37,343 bases of DNA from Candidatus Tenderia sp. (GTDB lineage Bacteria; Pseudomonadota; Gammaproteobacteria; Tenderiales; Tenderiaceae), in NCBI GenBank assembly GCA_031416075.1, contig JANOSY010000018.1, positions 1 through 37,343 of the forward strand. Reading direction: 5' to 3'. Shown piece by piece: positions 28,755 to 37,343 of the stretch. Each line of letters begins with the position of its first letter. Position 1 is the stretch's first letter. The notes under the pieces are model-generated. The model saw only the letters and a list, made by a program, of their open reading frames with translations. It did not search any database and had not been told where the DNA came from. The position numbers and the translations under genes are program-made.

Positions 28755-31232
28755 ATGACCGCATCAAAAGCCCTGTCAGTAAAACAGCTCTACTCTTTCT
28801 GTGATGTGAGTCAGTTCGGTTTTAATACCACAGCAGAACTGGATGAGTTGAGTGAGATTATTGGCCAGGGACGCGCCCTGGAGGCGATTCACTTTGGGCT
28901 GGGCATCAAAAAACATGGCTATAACCTGTTTGCACTGGGACCGGCAGGCAGTGGAAAACAGGGGGTGGTGCGCCAGCTGTTGCGGCAGCGGGCAGTCGCT
29001 GAACCAGCATCGGTTGAGTGGTGTTACATCAATAATTTTGCTCAGCCACACAAACCCTTCATGCTCGCCTTGCCACCTGGGCGCTGTGCTCAGCTCTCTC
29101 GGGATATGGATCAGTTGGTTGAAGAGCTGTGTGCCGTAATTCCGGCGGCCTTTGAAGGGGATGAGTACCATCGCCGTATTCAGGGGCTAGATGATGAGCT
29201 GTTTAACAGGCAGGAGCAGGGGGTAGAAAAAGTACGGCAGTTGGCGATAGCAAAACAGCTGGTTTTGATTCCGACTCCGAATGGATTCACCTTTGCGGCC
29301 ATGCGTGGTGATGTGGTGATGAGTCCAAAAGAGTTCAAACAGCTGCCTGATGATGAACGGGTGTTGCTGGAGACGGAGATTGGCTTGTTGCAGGATGAGT
29401 TGCAGCGGGTATTTAACCAGCTTCCACAATGGCAGCGTGAGGTACGGGAACAGGTTAAAACCCTGAATTGCGCCGTGACTCTGGCCGCTGTGGGCGGGAT
29501 GGTTGAACGGTTGAAGGCAGATTACGTGGACCATGCCAGGGTGCAGGAGTACCTGGGCGCTGTACAGGACAACATCGTGTTGACCGTTGATGAGTTCCGC
29601 CGTTTGGATGCTGGTGAAGTGTCAGTACCAAGTGATCTGTTCAAACGTTATCGGGTTAATCTGCTGGTAGGGTACAACGGTGGTGATTGTGTGTCAGTGG
29701 TCTTTGAAGACAACCCCACCTATCAAAATCTGGTTGGGCGCGTTGAGCATACAACAGTGATGGGCACGCTGGTGACCGATTTTACGTTGATCAAAGCCGG
29801 TGCCTTGCACCGTGCTAACGGTGGCTATCTTGTGCTGGATGCCAACAAGTTGCTGCAGAACCCCTTGAGTTGGGATGTATTGAAACGGGCGTTGCAGTCC
29901 AGGGCGATTCACATCGCGACTTTTGAGCAGATACAGGCGGTGGCCAGTACCGTTTCACTGGAACCTGAACCCATACCGTTGAGTGTTAAGGTGGTTCTCC
30001 TGGGGGACCACTCACTTTATGACCTACTGCATCAGAGTGATCCGGAGTTTAAAGAGCTGTTTAAGGTGGCTGCCGATTTTGATGACCAGATGGCGCGCAG
30101 CTCGGAGAGTAATCTGCTCTACGCCCGTCTCATTGCCACCCTGGTCAAAAAAGAGGGGTTGATGGCGTTTGATAGGGGGGCTGTGGCACGGGTGATTGAG
30201 CAGGGTGCCAGAATCTCCGGTGACGCCAAACAACTTACTACTCACATGCGTAGTATTTGTGATCTGCTGTGTGAGTCAGATTATTACGCACAACAACAGG
30301 GCAGTGGACTGGTGCGGTGTGGCGATGTGCAGATGGCGATTGATGCACAGATTCGTCGCAGCAGCCGTATTCATACACAAGTACACGAATCGATTCAGCG
30401 CGGCCTGTTACTGATTCAGACACGAGGTAGCGAGGTGGGACAGGTCAATGGCCTCTCCGTTATAGAGCTGGGCGCGCTGGGTTTTGGCATGCCAACCCGC
30501 ATCACTGCTCAGGTGCGTGTGGGTGATGGTGATGTGCTGGATATTGAACGTGAAGTGGATCTGGGTGGCCCCGTTCACTCCAAGGGTGTGATGATTCTGG
30601 CCGGTTATCTAGGCAGCCGTTATGCCAGAAACTGCCCTTTGGCGCTCTCTGCCAGCCTGGCCTTTGAACAGTCCTATGGTGAAATTGAAGGTGATAGCGC
30701 CTCCGCAACAGAGTTGTATGCACTGCTCTCGGCGCTTTCAGGTGTGCCGATCAAACAGGGCATTGCAGTGACGGGTTCAGTGAATCAGCGTGGACAGGTG
30801 CAGGCAATTGGTGGTGTGAATGAGAAGATCGAAGGGTATTTTGATGTCTGTAAGTTGCAGGGATTGACGGGTGAGCAGGGGGTACTTATCCCGCACAGCA
30901 ACGTTGATGATCTGATGTTGCGCCAAGAGGTAGTGGAGGCAGTTGCCGCTGGTATGTTTACTGTCTACGCGGTGACTACCATTGATGAAGGGATTGAGAT
31001 TTTAACGGGGTGTGTGGCAGGTGTAGAGGATGCACAGGGCATATTTCCTGAAAATAGCGTTAATGGCAGCGTGGCCTTGCAGCTGCTCCAGTTTGCCGAG
31101 TTGCGTCATGAGTTCGGTGAAGAAAAGAGAGCGGCTGCCGATGAAGAGGACGACAAACATGGCAATGATTCCAGCATTGATCTACAGGCTAATCGGAATG
31201 TGCCGCCGGGGCAACATGTTATCTGTGAGTGA
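28755..31232 (+). CDS. Lon-family protease, LonC/AAA_32-like
   Basis: IIGQGRA, GPAGSGK, GALHRANGGYLVLDA, GQVNGL, catalytic EGDSAS and GGVNEKIEG. Confidence 0.92.
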   Translation: MTASKALSVKQLYSFCDVSQFGFNTTAELDELSEIIGQGRALEAIHFGLGIKKHGYNLFALGPAGSGKQGVVRQLLRQRAVAEPASVEWCYINNFAQPHKPFMLALPPGRCAQLSRDMDQLVEELCAVIPAAFEGDEYHRRIQGLDDELFNRQEQGVEKVRQLAIAKQLVLIPTPNGFTFAAMRGDVVMSPKEFKQLPDDERVLLETEIGLLQDELQRVFNQLPQWQREVREQVKTLNCAVTLAAVGGMVERLKADYVDHARVQEYLGAVQDNIVLTVDEFRRLDAGEVSVPSDLFKRYRVNLLVGYNGGDCVSVVFEDNPTYQNLVGRVEHTTVMGTLVTDFTLIKAGALHRANGGYLVLDANKLLQNPLSWDVLKRALQSRAIHIATFEQIQAVASTVSLEPEPIPLSVKVVLLGDHSLYDLLHQSDPEFKELFKVAADFDDQMARSSESNLLYARLIATLVKKEGLMAFDRGAVARVIEQGARISGDAKQLTTHMRSICDLLCESDYYAQQQGSGLVRCGDVQMAIDAQIRRSSRIHTQVHESIQRGLLLIQTRGSEVGQVNGLSVIELGALGFGMPTRITAQVRVGDGDVLDIEREVDLGGPVHSKGVMILAGYLGSRYARNCPLALSASLAFEQSYGEIEGDSASATELYALLSALSGVPIKQGIAVTGSVNQRGQVQAIGGVNEKIEGYFDVCKLQGLTGEQGVLIPHSNVDDLMLRQEVVEAVAAGMFTVYAVTTIDEGIEILTGCVAGVEDAQGIFPENSVNGSVALQLLQFAELRHEFGEEKRAAADEEDDKHGNDSSIDLQANRNVPPGQHVICE

Positions 31233-31333
31233 TGGTGTTTTAATGTCGCAGTGATGCGGGTTACTATTTAAACAGTCACAGTGGTCGGGAAACGGTTCCG
31301 TTTTTACTATTCGATAACTGATATGGAAAGCTG

Positions 31334-33547
31334 ATGGTCAATGTAACAAGTTCCCATGGTGGAGATTCCAGCAAGGGATACATCGATGTCGATGAGTGGC
31401 TTACATCCATTGAGAAAAAGTACCCCGAAGAGGGGTTTAAAACCATCAGCCGCGCCTGCAGCATGGCGCAGCAGGCGCACGCCGGTCAGATGCGCGTCTC
31501 GGGCGCCCCCTATTTTCAACACTCCCTTGCAGTAGCCAATATTCTGGTGGAAGTGCATATGGATTACGAGGCCGTATCGGCAGCGATTCTCCATGATGTT
31601 GTTGAAGATACCGACATCACCCTTGAGCAGGTGCGTACGGAGTTTGGTAACAGCATTGCTGCGCTGGTGGATGGCGTGACTAAAATGATGGTCATTCAGA
31701 GCTTCAAGGGGCTGGATGACGCCTCGCGCAAGGAGAAAAAAGAGCAGGCGCAGGCAGAAAGTCTCCGCAAGATGTTGTTGGCGATGGTGGAAGATGTGCG
31801 GGTGGTCTTGATCAAGCTTGCTGATCGCACTCACAACATGCGTACTTTGGGGTCGTTGCCGGAACATAAGCAGAAACGTATCGCTCGCGAAACCCTGGAT
31901 ATCTACGCCCCATTGGCAAACAGATTAGGCATGTGGCAGATCAAATGGGAGTTGGAAGATCTGGCCTTTCGCTACATTGAGGCCGAGACCTACAAACGTA
32001 TTGCCAAAATGCTTGATGAGCGGCGTGTTGATCGTGAACGGTACATTCGTGAGTTTATTGAGACGCTGCAACGTGAACTGACCAAGACAGAGGTTAAGGC
32101 CGATATCACTGGCCGCTCCAAACATATCTACAGCATCTATCGCAAGATGGAGCGTAAAAGCATCGACTATCATCAGGTATACGACGCCCGTGGTGTACGT
32201 ATATTGGTGGATACCATCCCGCAATGTTATACGGCGCTGGGTGTTGTGCACTCGCTCTGGAACCATATCCCCGGTGAGTTTGATGACTACATCGCTACGC
32301 CAAAACAGAATAACTACCAATCTATCCATACCGCGATTTTTGGTCCCGATGGCAAGGTGGTGGAGGTGCAGATCCGTACCCATAAAATGCACCAGGATAA
32401 TGAGCTGGGTGTGGCAGCACACTGGCGTTATAAAGAAGGCACCGGTTTTGATGCCGATTTTGAGCGCAAGATAGCATGGTTACGACAGCTGCTGGAGTGG
32501 AAAGAGGAGGTCACTGATGCCGGTGACTTTGTTGATCAATTTAAGTCAGACTCGTTTGAAGACCGTATCTATCTATTTACCCCAAAGGGCAATGTAGTCG
32601 ATCTGCCCAAAGGGGCAACCCCGCTCGATTTTGCCTATCACATCCATACAGAGCTGGGGCATCGCTGCCGCGGTGCCAAGGTTAATAACCATATGGTGCC
32701 CCTGACCTATCAACTTAAAACCGGCGAACAGGTTGAAATTCTGTCGGTGAAACGGGGGGATCCAAGTCGTGACTGGTTAAACACCGAGCTGGGGTATCTA
32801 CACACTACGCGCGCGCGGAGCAAGGCGCTGCATTGGTTTAAGTCGCAACACTTTGATACCAATGTTGGCACAGGCCGCGCCATGCTTGAAAAGGAGTTGC
32901 GACGACTGGGATTGAGTGAGGTAAATTTTGAAAAACTATCGCGGCAGCTGAACATTCCTAAAGTAGATGAGTTTTTTGCTGCATTTGGTCGAGGTGAAAT
33001 TAAAACCTCACAAGTGGTTAAAGTGATTCAATCGCTGAATGATACAGAAGAAAAAGAGGTTCAGATTCAGCCCCGCCCGCCAAAGAGCGACGGTGAAGGT
33101 GGTGTGACCATTGAAGGGGTTGGCAATCTGTTAACCCAAATTGCAAACTGTTGTAAACCGCTGCCGGGTGATGAGATATGTGGCTATATCACCCGTGGTC
33201 GTGGAGTCACCATTCATCGTAAGGACTGTGCCAATATTTTGCGTTATATCAATCAGTCGCCAGAGCGGTTGGTTGAAGTGGCATGGGGCGAAGAGGTGAA
33301 TGAAAAGGTTTATCCTGTTGATATTCAGATACGTGCATTTGACAGGCAGGGGTTGTTGCGGGACGTGGCCGCCATCCTCTCCAGTGACCGGGTGAATATC
33401 ATTGCGGTGAATACTATTACGGATCAAAAACATCACATCGCCAGCATGACCTTGACGTTAGAGATTAATGATCTGGATGAACTAAGCCGCCTGCTGCAAA
33501 AGATAGATGCGCTGCCTAATGTGCTGGATGTTAAACGCCAGGGGTAG
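31334..33547 (+). CDS. relA: Long RSH (p)ppGpp synthetase, RelA-type, with intact-looking hydrolase motifs
   Basis: RSKHIYSIYRKM, EFDDY, YQSIHT, EVQIRT, TGS, ZFD (CCKPLPGD) and ACT. The HD domain has HDVVED and KLADRTHNMRTL. Confidence 0.88.
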   Translation: MVNVTSSHGGDSSKGYIDVDEWLTSIEKKYPEEGFKTISRACSMAQQAHAGQMRVSGAPYFQHSLAVANILVEVHMDYEAVSAAILHDVVEDTDITLEQVRTEFGNSIAALVDGVTKMMVIQSFKGLDDASRKEKKEQAQAESLRKMLLAMVEDVRVVLIKLADRTHNMRTLGSLPEHKQKRIARETLDIYAPLANRLGMWQIKWELEDLAFRYIEAETYKRIAKMLDERRVDRERYIREFIETLQRELTKTEVKADITGRSKHIYSIYRKMERKSIDYHQVYDARGVRILVDTIPQCYTALGVVHSLWNHIPGEFDDYIATPKQNNYQSIHTAIFGPDGKVVEVQIRTHKMHQDNELGVAAHWRYKEGTGFDADFERKIAWLRQLLEWKEEVTDAGDFVDQFKSDSFEDRIYLFTPKGNVVDLPKGATPLDFAYHIHTELGHRCRGAKVNNHMVPLTYQLKTGEQVEILSVKRGDPSRDWLNTELGYLHTTRARSKALHWFKSQHFDTNVGTGRAMLEKELRRLGLSEVNFEKLSRQLNIPKVDEFFAAFGRGEIKTSQVVKVIQSLNDTEEKEVQIQPRPPKSDGEGGVTIEGVGNLLTQIANCCKPLPGDEICGYITRGRGVTIHRKDCANILRYINQSPERLVEVAWGEEVNEKVYPVDIQIRAFDRQGLLRDVAAILSSDRVNIIAVNTITDQKHHIASMTLTLEINDLDELSRLLQKIDALPNVLDVKRQG

Positions 33548-33579
33548 TGATCCCGCTCAGTAAAGTCATCTACAGGCGC

Positions 33580-33876
33580 TCAGCGGTCACTATCGGCATA
33601 AAACCCCATATACTCCAAACCCTCTGAGCCTGAGGCGGTATCCAGCGTGAAAAAATCCAGCTCTCTGACAGGTTCTTCTAACTCTTCCAACCACTCCTCA
33701 TCGGGTTCTATCTCCATGGCCCCCAGTTTGTGCCATATATCCATCTCAACATCTTCATAGTTACCGTCTGGATACTGTATCTGTATGTTTCCATGCTCAA
33801 TGTCAGTAATACGGAAGACTTCGGCATCGGCTAATCGATACCATTGATGGAGCTTGGGTGGGATTGGCGAATACAT
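33580..33876 (-). CDS. Small acidic hypothetical protein (DUF6763-like)
   Basis: GAAGGAGAG RBS and the pattern QWY...F.I.....IQIQY.DG..E.....W. Confidence 0.7.
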   Translation of the reverse strand: MYSPIPPKLHQWYRLADAEVFRITDIEHGNIQIQYPDGNYEDVEMDIWHKLGAMEIEPDEEWLEELEEPVRELDFFTLDTASGSEGLEYMGFYADSDR

Positions 33877-34182
33877 AACAGCTCTCCTTCCGCCATATAA
33901 ATGGCTTATATCCGCACGGGTGAGTAAAAATAGAGGGCGTTGCCACTATACCAGGTACTGCGGATATCCGGGCTAGTGTTGTTGCGTAACCATTAGGTAT
34001 ATCGACGTTGACAGTGCTCATCTTGAACTTATTTACATAGTAAAAAACTAGTAGGCGTGATGTGGGAAATGTATTTATACTGGAAGTCAGAAAAGTTTTT
34101 TCCCTGCCGGGCATTAGCCGTTTCATCCAAGCGTGGGCAGGGTGGGCAAATCGGATGAACAGCAAATACCAAGGAGAAATAT

Positions 34183-34545
34183 ATGAAACTACCGCTGCAA
34201 ATTACCTCCCGCAACGTCTCTCTTTCTGAAGCAGCAGAGCAGACTATTCGTGAAAAAGCAGCGAAGCTGGACCAACTCTGTGACTGCATCATGGGGTGTC
34301 GTGTTCTGGTTGAAGCGCCACATCGCCACCAAAACCAAGGGAATCAATACAATGTTGTGATTGACATTACTGTCCCTGGTTCTGAGATTGTGATCAAACG
34401 TGAAGAGAATGAGGACCTTTACGTTGCCATTCGTGATGCCTTTGAGGCGGCTAAACGTAAGGTTAAAGAGTATTCTGACCGTCAAAAGGATGTAAAGGGT
34501 GCAGAGGGTATTCCACTAGTGGATATGGAACCCACACCTGAGTAA
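34183..34545 (+). CDS. HPF/RaiA family ribosome-associated protein
   Basis: MKLPLQITSRN, IREKAAKL, CRVLVEAPHRH and EDLYVAIRDAF. AAGGAG RBS. Confidence 0.9.
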   Translation: MKLPLQITSRNVSLSEAAEQTIREKAAKLDQLCDCIMGCRVLVEAPHRHQNQGNQYNVVIDITVPGSEIVIKREENEDLYVAIRDAFEAAKRKVKEYSDRQKDVKGAEGIPLVDMEPTPE

Positions 34546-34577
34546 TTTACTCCAGTAATGTTGTTTAGATATAGACT

Positions 34578-34601
34578 GTGCCAGGGACTGGTTCCTGGCA
34601 C
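34578..34601. terminator. Hairpin between convergent hpf and nitroreductase
   Basis: gtgccagg-gactggtt-cctggcac. Confidence 0.55.
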
Positions 34602-34607
34602 CGGTTG

Positions 34608-35207
34608 TTAGAAGGTGTTGAGGTACAGCACCTCCTCCAGTGTCAATTGCCCTGCGCGTGGGTACGGTTCTTTAAGTTGTTTGCCAATGGCCAGCATTAA
34701 ACAGATGCCATGGTCCTCCGGTAGTTTAAGTAGCGTGGCCACCTCGTTGTATTTAAATCCCAGCATGGGGCATGAGTCATAGCCCATCTCTTTCGCCTTG
34801 AGCATTAGTGTCATGGTCGCCATGGAGGCTGAACGAATGGCCTCATCGTGCTCAGACTGAGCACTCTGCCCGTAGTAGCCCATGTTTCTAAGCATTGCGT
34901 TGGCAACCTCCTCAGGTGCGTTGCGCCAGTAACGTTCAGGCTCTTTTTGCCAGGCCTTTATGTCCATGCAGACGAAGAGCAGCAGTGAAGCATCGGTGAC
35001 CTGAGGCTGATTCCAGGATAGTGTCCGCAGTTGTTGCCGTAGCCCTTTGTCCTCTGCCCAGAGAAAACGCCAGTGCTGAATGTTAAATGCAGTCGGAGAG
35101 AGCATAGCGGCCTTGATGAGTTCCTCAACCTCGGCTTTGGTTATCTCGTGGTTAGGGTCAAAAAGCTCGATTGAGCGGCGGGTTTCGATGGCGTGGCTAA
35201 CATTCAC
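34608..35207 (-). CDS. Nitroreductase family protein
   Basis: AIETRRSI, SPTAFNIQHWRF, NQPQV and GYDSCPMLGF. Confidence 0.93.
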   Translation of the reverse strand: MNVSHAIETRRSIELFDPNHEITKAEVEELIKAAMLSPTAFNIQHWRFLWAEDKGLRQQLRTLSWNQPQVTDASLLLFVCMDIKAWQKEPERYWRNAPEEVANAMLRNMGYYGQSAQSEHDEAIRSASMATMTLMLKAKEMGYDSCPMLGFKYNEVATLLKLPEDHGICLMLAIGKQLKEPYPRAGQLTLEEVLYLNTF

Positions 35208-35276
35208 AACACAATTACCTATGGCTTCATAACGCCGGCATTTTATAACAAAGAGGAGGGGATGCGTGAATTAGGT

Positions 35277-35309
35277 GTAGCAGATGTTGCGATGAGCAAC
35301 ATCTGCTAC
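35277..35309. terminator. Perfect 14-bp hairpin downstream of pbpG
   Basis: gtagcagatgttgc-gatga-gcaacatctgctac. Confidence 0.6.
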
Positions 35310-35322
35310 CGGCGCTGTGTGA

Positions 35323-36225
35323 CTAAGAGTCGGTAAGCTTGCTGACCTGGGTTCTGTTATCAATCTGCATGAGCCATTGTTTGATTCGGTTGGCGTCACC
35401 AAATTTGGAGTACTTGCCCTGGGAGTTCAAGAGGATCACTGCCAGTGGTCGGTCATTGATAATGGTATGCATCACCAGGCAGTAACCGGCCGATATGATG
35501 TAACCGGTTTTGCTTAGATTGACGTCCCACTCCTTGTCACGTACCAAGGCATTGGTATTCCTGAACTCAATTTTACGGTTGAGGCGTTTATCCACAACAT
35601 GGTCAGTCCCATTGGTCGACATCTCTTTAATTTGTGGATAGCTGTGAGCAGCAATGATCAGTTTAACCAGATCCGCAGCGGTGGAGACGTTTTCATCATG
35701 CAACCCAGTAGAGTCAACAAAGTGAGTGTTTTTTAAGCCCAGAGCACTGGCTTTATTGTTCATTGCTTTAATAAAAGCAGATGCGCCACCGGGATAGCTG
35801 TGCGCTAACGCGGAGGCGGCACGATTTTCACTGGCGGCCAGGGCAAGCAGCAACATCTCATGGCGTGTGAGTTTTGTGCCAACAGGGAGTTTGGAGCGGG
35901 AGTGACGCAGTCTGTCCACATCATCGTTGGTTACGGTGAGAACCTCATCCTGTGGCAAATTTGCATCTATGACGACTATAGCGGTCATGAGCTTTGTTAG
36001 AGAGGCGATTGGCCTGACCACGTTTGGCATCCGCTCCAGCAATACTTCGCCTGTTGATGGGTCATAGACCACCACTGAACTGGATTTTAATCCAAGCTCT
36101 GCGGCGCTGGTTGACAGATGCGGCGGAGCAGCATGGGCGAACTGTTCTGCCATGGTGGCAGGGGCGGTGAGTATTAATGATAGCCACAGCCCGACAGGTA
36201 GGAGTTTTTTGGTGTTCTTATGCAC
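35323..36225 (-). CDS. pbpG: D-alanyl-D-alanine endopeptidase (PBP7-like, peptidase S11)
   Basis: Signal peptide, SxxK (ASLTKLM), SxN (SEN), KTG, and NVSTAADL. Confidence 0.88.
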   Translation of the reverse strand: MHKNTKKLLPVGLWLSLILTAPATMAEQFAHAAPPHLSTSAAELGLKSSSVVVYDPSTGEVLLERMPNVVRPIASLTKLMTAIVVIDANLPQDEVLTVTNDDVDRLRHSRSKLPVGTKLTRHEMLLLALAASENRAASALAHSYPGGASAFIKAMNNKASALGLKNTHFVDSTGLHDENVSTAADLVKLIIAAHSYPQIKEMSTNGTDHVVDKRLNRKIEFRNTNALVRDKEWDVNLSKTGYIISAGYCLVMHTIINDRPLAVILLNSQGKYSKFGDANRIKQWLMQIDNRTQVSKLTDS

Positions 36226-36603
36226 GTATATTAATCCTTCAGCAAATGGTCTTTCCGAGTCGTTTTTCTACCGGGTGCGTGATGTTTGCTGTCATGGTTG
36301 AACCCTATCGTAATTTGTTTCACGGGTACAGCCTTATCGGCTTGAACTGCAGTAAAAACAAGGGGTGAACCCATAAAAATAAATATTGAACCGTTGCTGT
36401 TTGGCCCTGTGTTGTTATTAGGTTACAGTTTTGTGGTGGTTTATTTTGAATGAGCAAGTGTGTCGTCTTATATCGGCTTGGGTTGCAAAGAATGAGATGT
36501 TATTTTTTATGGTCTTGTAAAGGGTAGTGGGGGAGGGTGAGCTTGGTTTATAATTGCTTCCTCCTTTTAGGTGTAGTGCGCGATACAGGGTGTTGGGTTG
36601 AGT

Positions 36604-36687
36604 ATGCAAAAAATCATGATGATTGTTGTGTTTGGCGGGCTGTTTATAGCGATAATGGCACTGACTGTTCTTAAATGGTTTATGTAG
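36604..36687 (+). CDS. Possible 27-aa hydrophobic membrane peptide
   Basis: MQKIMMIVVFGGLFIAIMALTVLKWFM*: a single TM flanked by Lys. The RBS is weak. Confidence 0.4.
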   Translation: MQKIMMIVVFGGLFIAIMALTVLKWFM

Positions 36688-36890
36688 TGGATTTCAGCCC
36701 CCTGCTGTGGGTGATGTTGGACGCTATTGTTTCGGACGGTTGATTTTTCGTCTGGCCAGTGTGGATATTGCCATGTATACTCCCGTTGTCTTCATTGGCT
36801 GGTAGCTGTTTGGTTTATATGGGTTTATGGATCCATGGCCACTTCCTCACGGGAGAGACAGCAGGCCAGTACACTTCGATAGAATCCCAT

Positions 36891-36979
36891 GCCTGGGTGG
36901 CGAAATTGGTAGACGCAAGGGACTTAAAATCCCTCGAGGGGTAACCCTCGTACCGGTTCGATTCCGGTCCTAGGCACCA
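36891..36979 (+). tRNA. tRNA-Leu (TAA)
   Basis: GCCTGGGTGGCGAAATTGGTAGACGCAAGGGACTTAAAATCCCT...GGTTCGATTCCGGTCCTAGGCACCA: long variable arm, anticodon TAA, encoded CCA. Confidence 0.97.
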
Positions 36980-37013
36980 TTTATTACAGACAGTACAGAT
37001 TGTTGGCACATTT

Positions 37014-37184
37014 TAGAACCTATTCAATATCTTTTCCCCCTCGTCTGAGCAACAGAACGAGGAAGGCTAAATTGACAAACTGGAGACTGGTATTGAGCTG
37101 ACGCTCACAGTTTTTCCATAACCTCCGACATTTTTCAAGCCAGGCAAATGAGCGTTCGACGACCCAGCGCTGCGGTATCACTGC
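37014..37184 (-). mobile_element. IS5-family remnant: transposase C-terminal fragment plus terminal repeat
   Basis: Minus strand 37184-37020 reads AVIPQRWVVERSFAWLEKCRRLWKNCERQLNTSLQFVNLAFLVLLLRRGGKDIE*. RWxVERxFAW is an IS5-family signature. No N-terminal part is recognisable. Confidence 0.85.
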
Positions 37185-37201
37185 ACCAAAAGTAGGCGCC
37201 T

Positions 37202-37343
37202 CTAGCAGGCTGTTGAAAAACTACCGCGCCATCATTGGCCCCTGTAAACTACCGACACCGATAATCTCCAACCCAAGATCCAAAAATGCGCGGCGCAGAT
37301 ATCACTCAAGAATCCCTGTTCACCACGGTTCACCTAGAAACTT
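37202..37343. mobile_element. Probable terminus of a second IS element running off the window
   Basis: CTAG-CAGGCTGTTGAAAAA resembles terminal inverted repeats of IS5/IS1182-type elements. No transposase is visible within the window. Confidence 0.45.

Noticed and set aside
34008-34021. FNR-like box TTGAC-N4-CTCAT upstream of hpf
   Set aside because: The right half-site is too degenerate and could simply be a -35 TTGACA.
36226-36420. Riboswitch in the pbpG leader
   Set aside because: No c-di-GMP or other known aptamer motif was recognisable by eye. An Rfam scan would settle it.
36759-37009. Short ORFs overlapping tRNA-Leu
   Set aside because: Artefacts of reading through the tRNA gene.

Overview
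A 37 kb chromosomal segment, most likely from a Gammaproteobacterium (inferred from mfd, rsd, pbpG, sohB, yajQ and the RelA-type RSH). Insertion-sequence fragments bound both ends: an IS630 3' end on the left, and IS5-family remnants after tRNA-Leu(TAA) on the right. Housekeeping genes are mfd, Smr, tRNA-Asn, yajQ, sohB, ygiQ, TauE, rsd, a LonC-like protease, a RelA-type RSH, hpf, a nitroreductase and pbpG. Three poorly characterised envelope modules lie between them. (1) A nickel-uptake locus in which an LbtU-like porin gene and a NikK/NikL/NikM/Q/O ECF operon diverge around a perfect GTGGCAC-N13-GTGCCAC palindrome. It sits beside nikR, the ATPase carries a His-rich tail, and an unannotated 36-aa membrane microprotein is divergent from nikR. 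(2) An MMPL/RND + LolA-like + outer-membrane barrel operon whose barrel has an N-terminal SPOR-like domain. (3) An ECF sigma / zinc anti-sigma / secreted charged protein / TPR-beta-barrel cluster with an ECF-like promoter embedded in the sigma gene. No CRISPR array, rRNA or intact prophage was seen. All family calls come from motif recognition by eye, not database searches.
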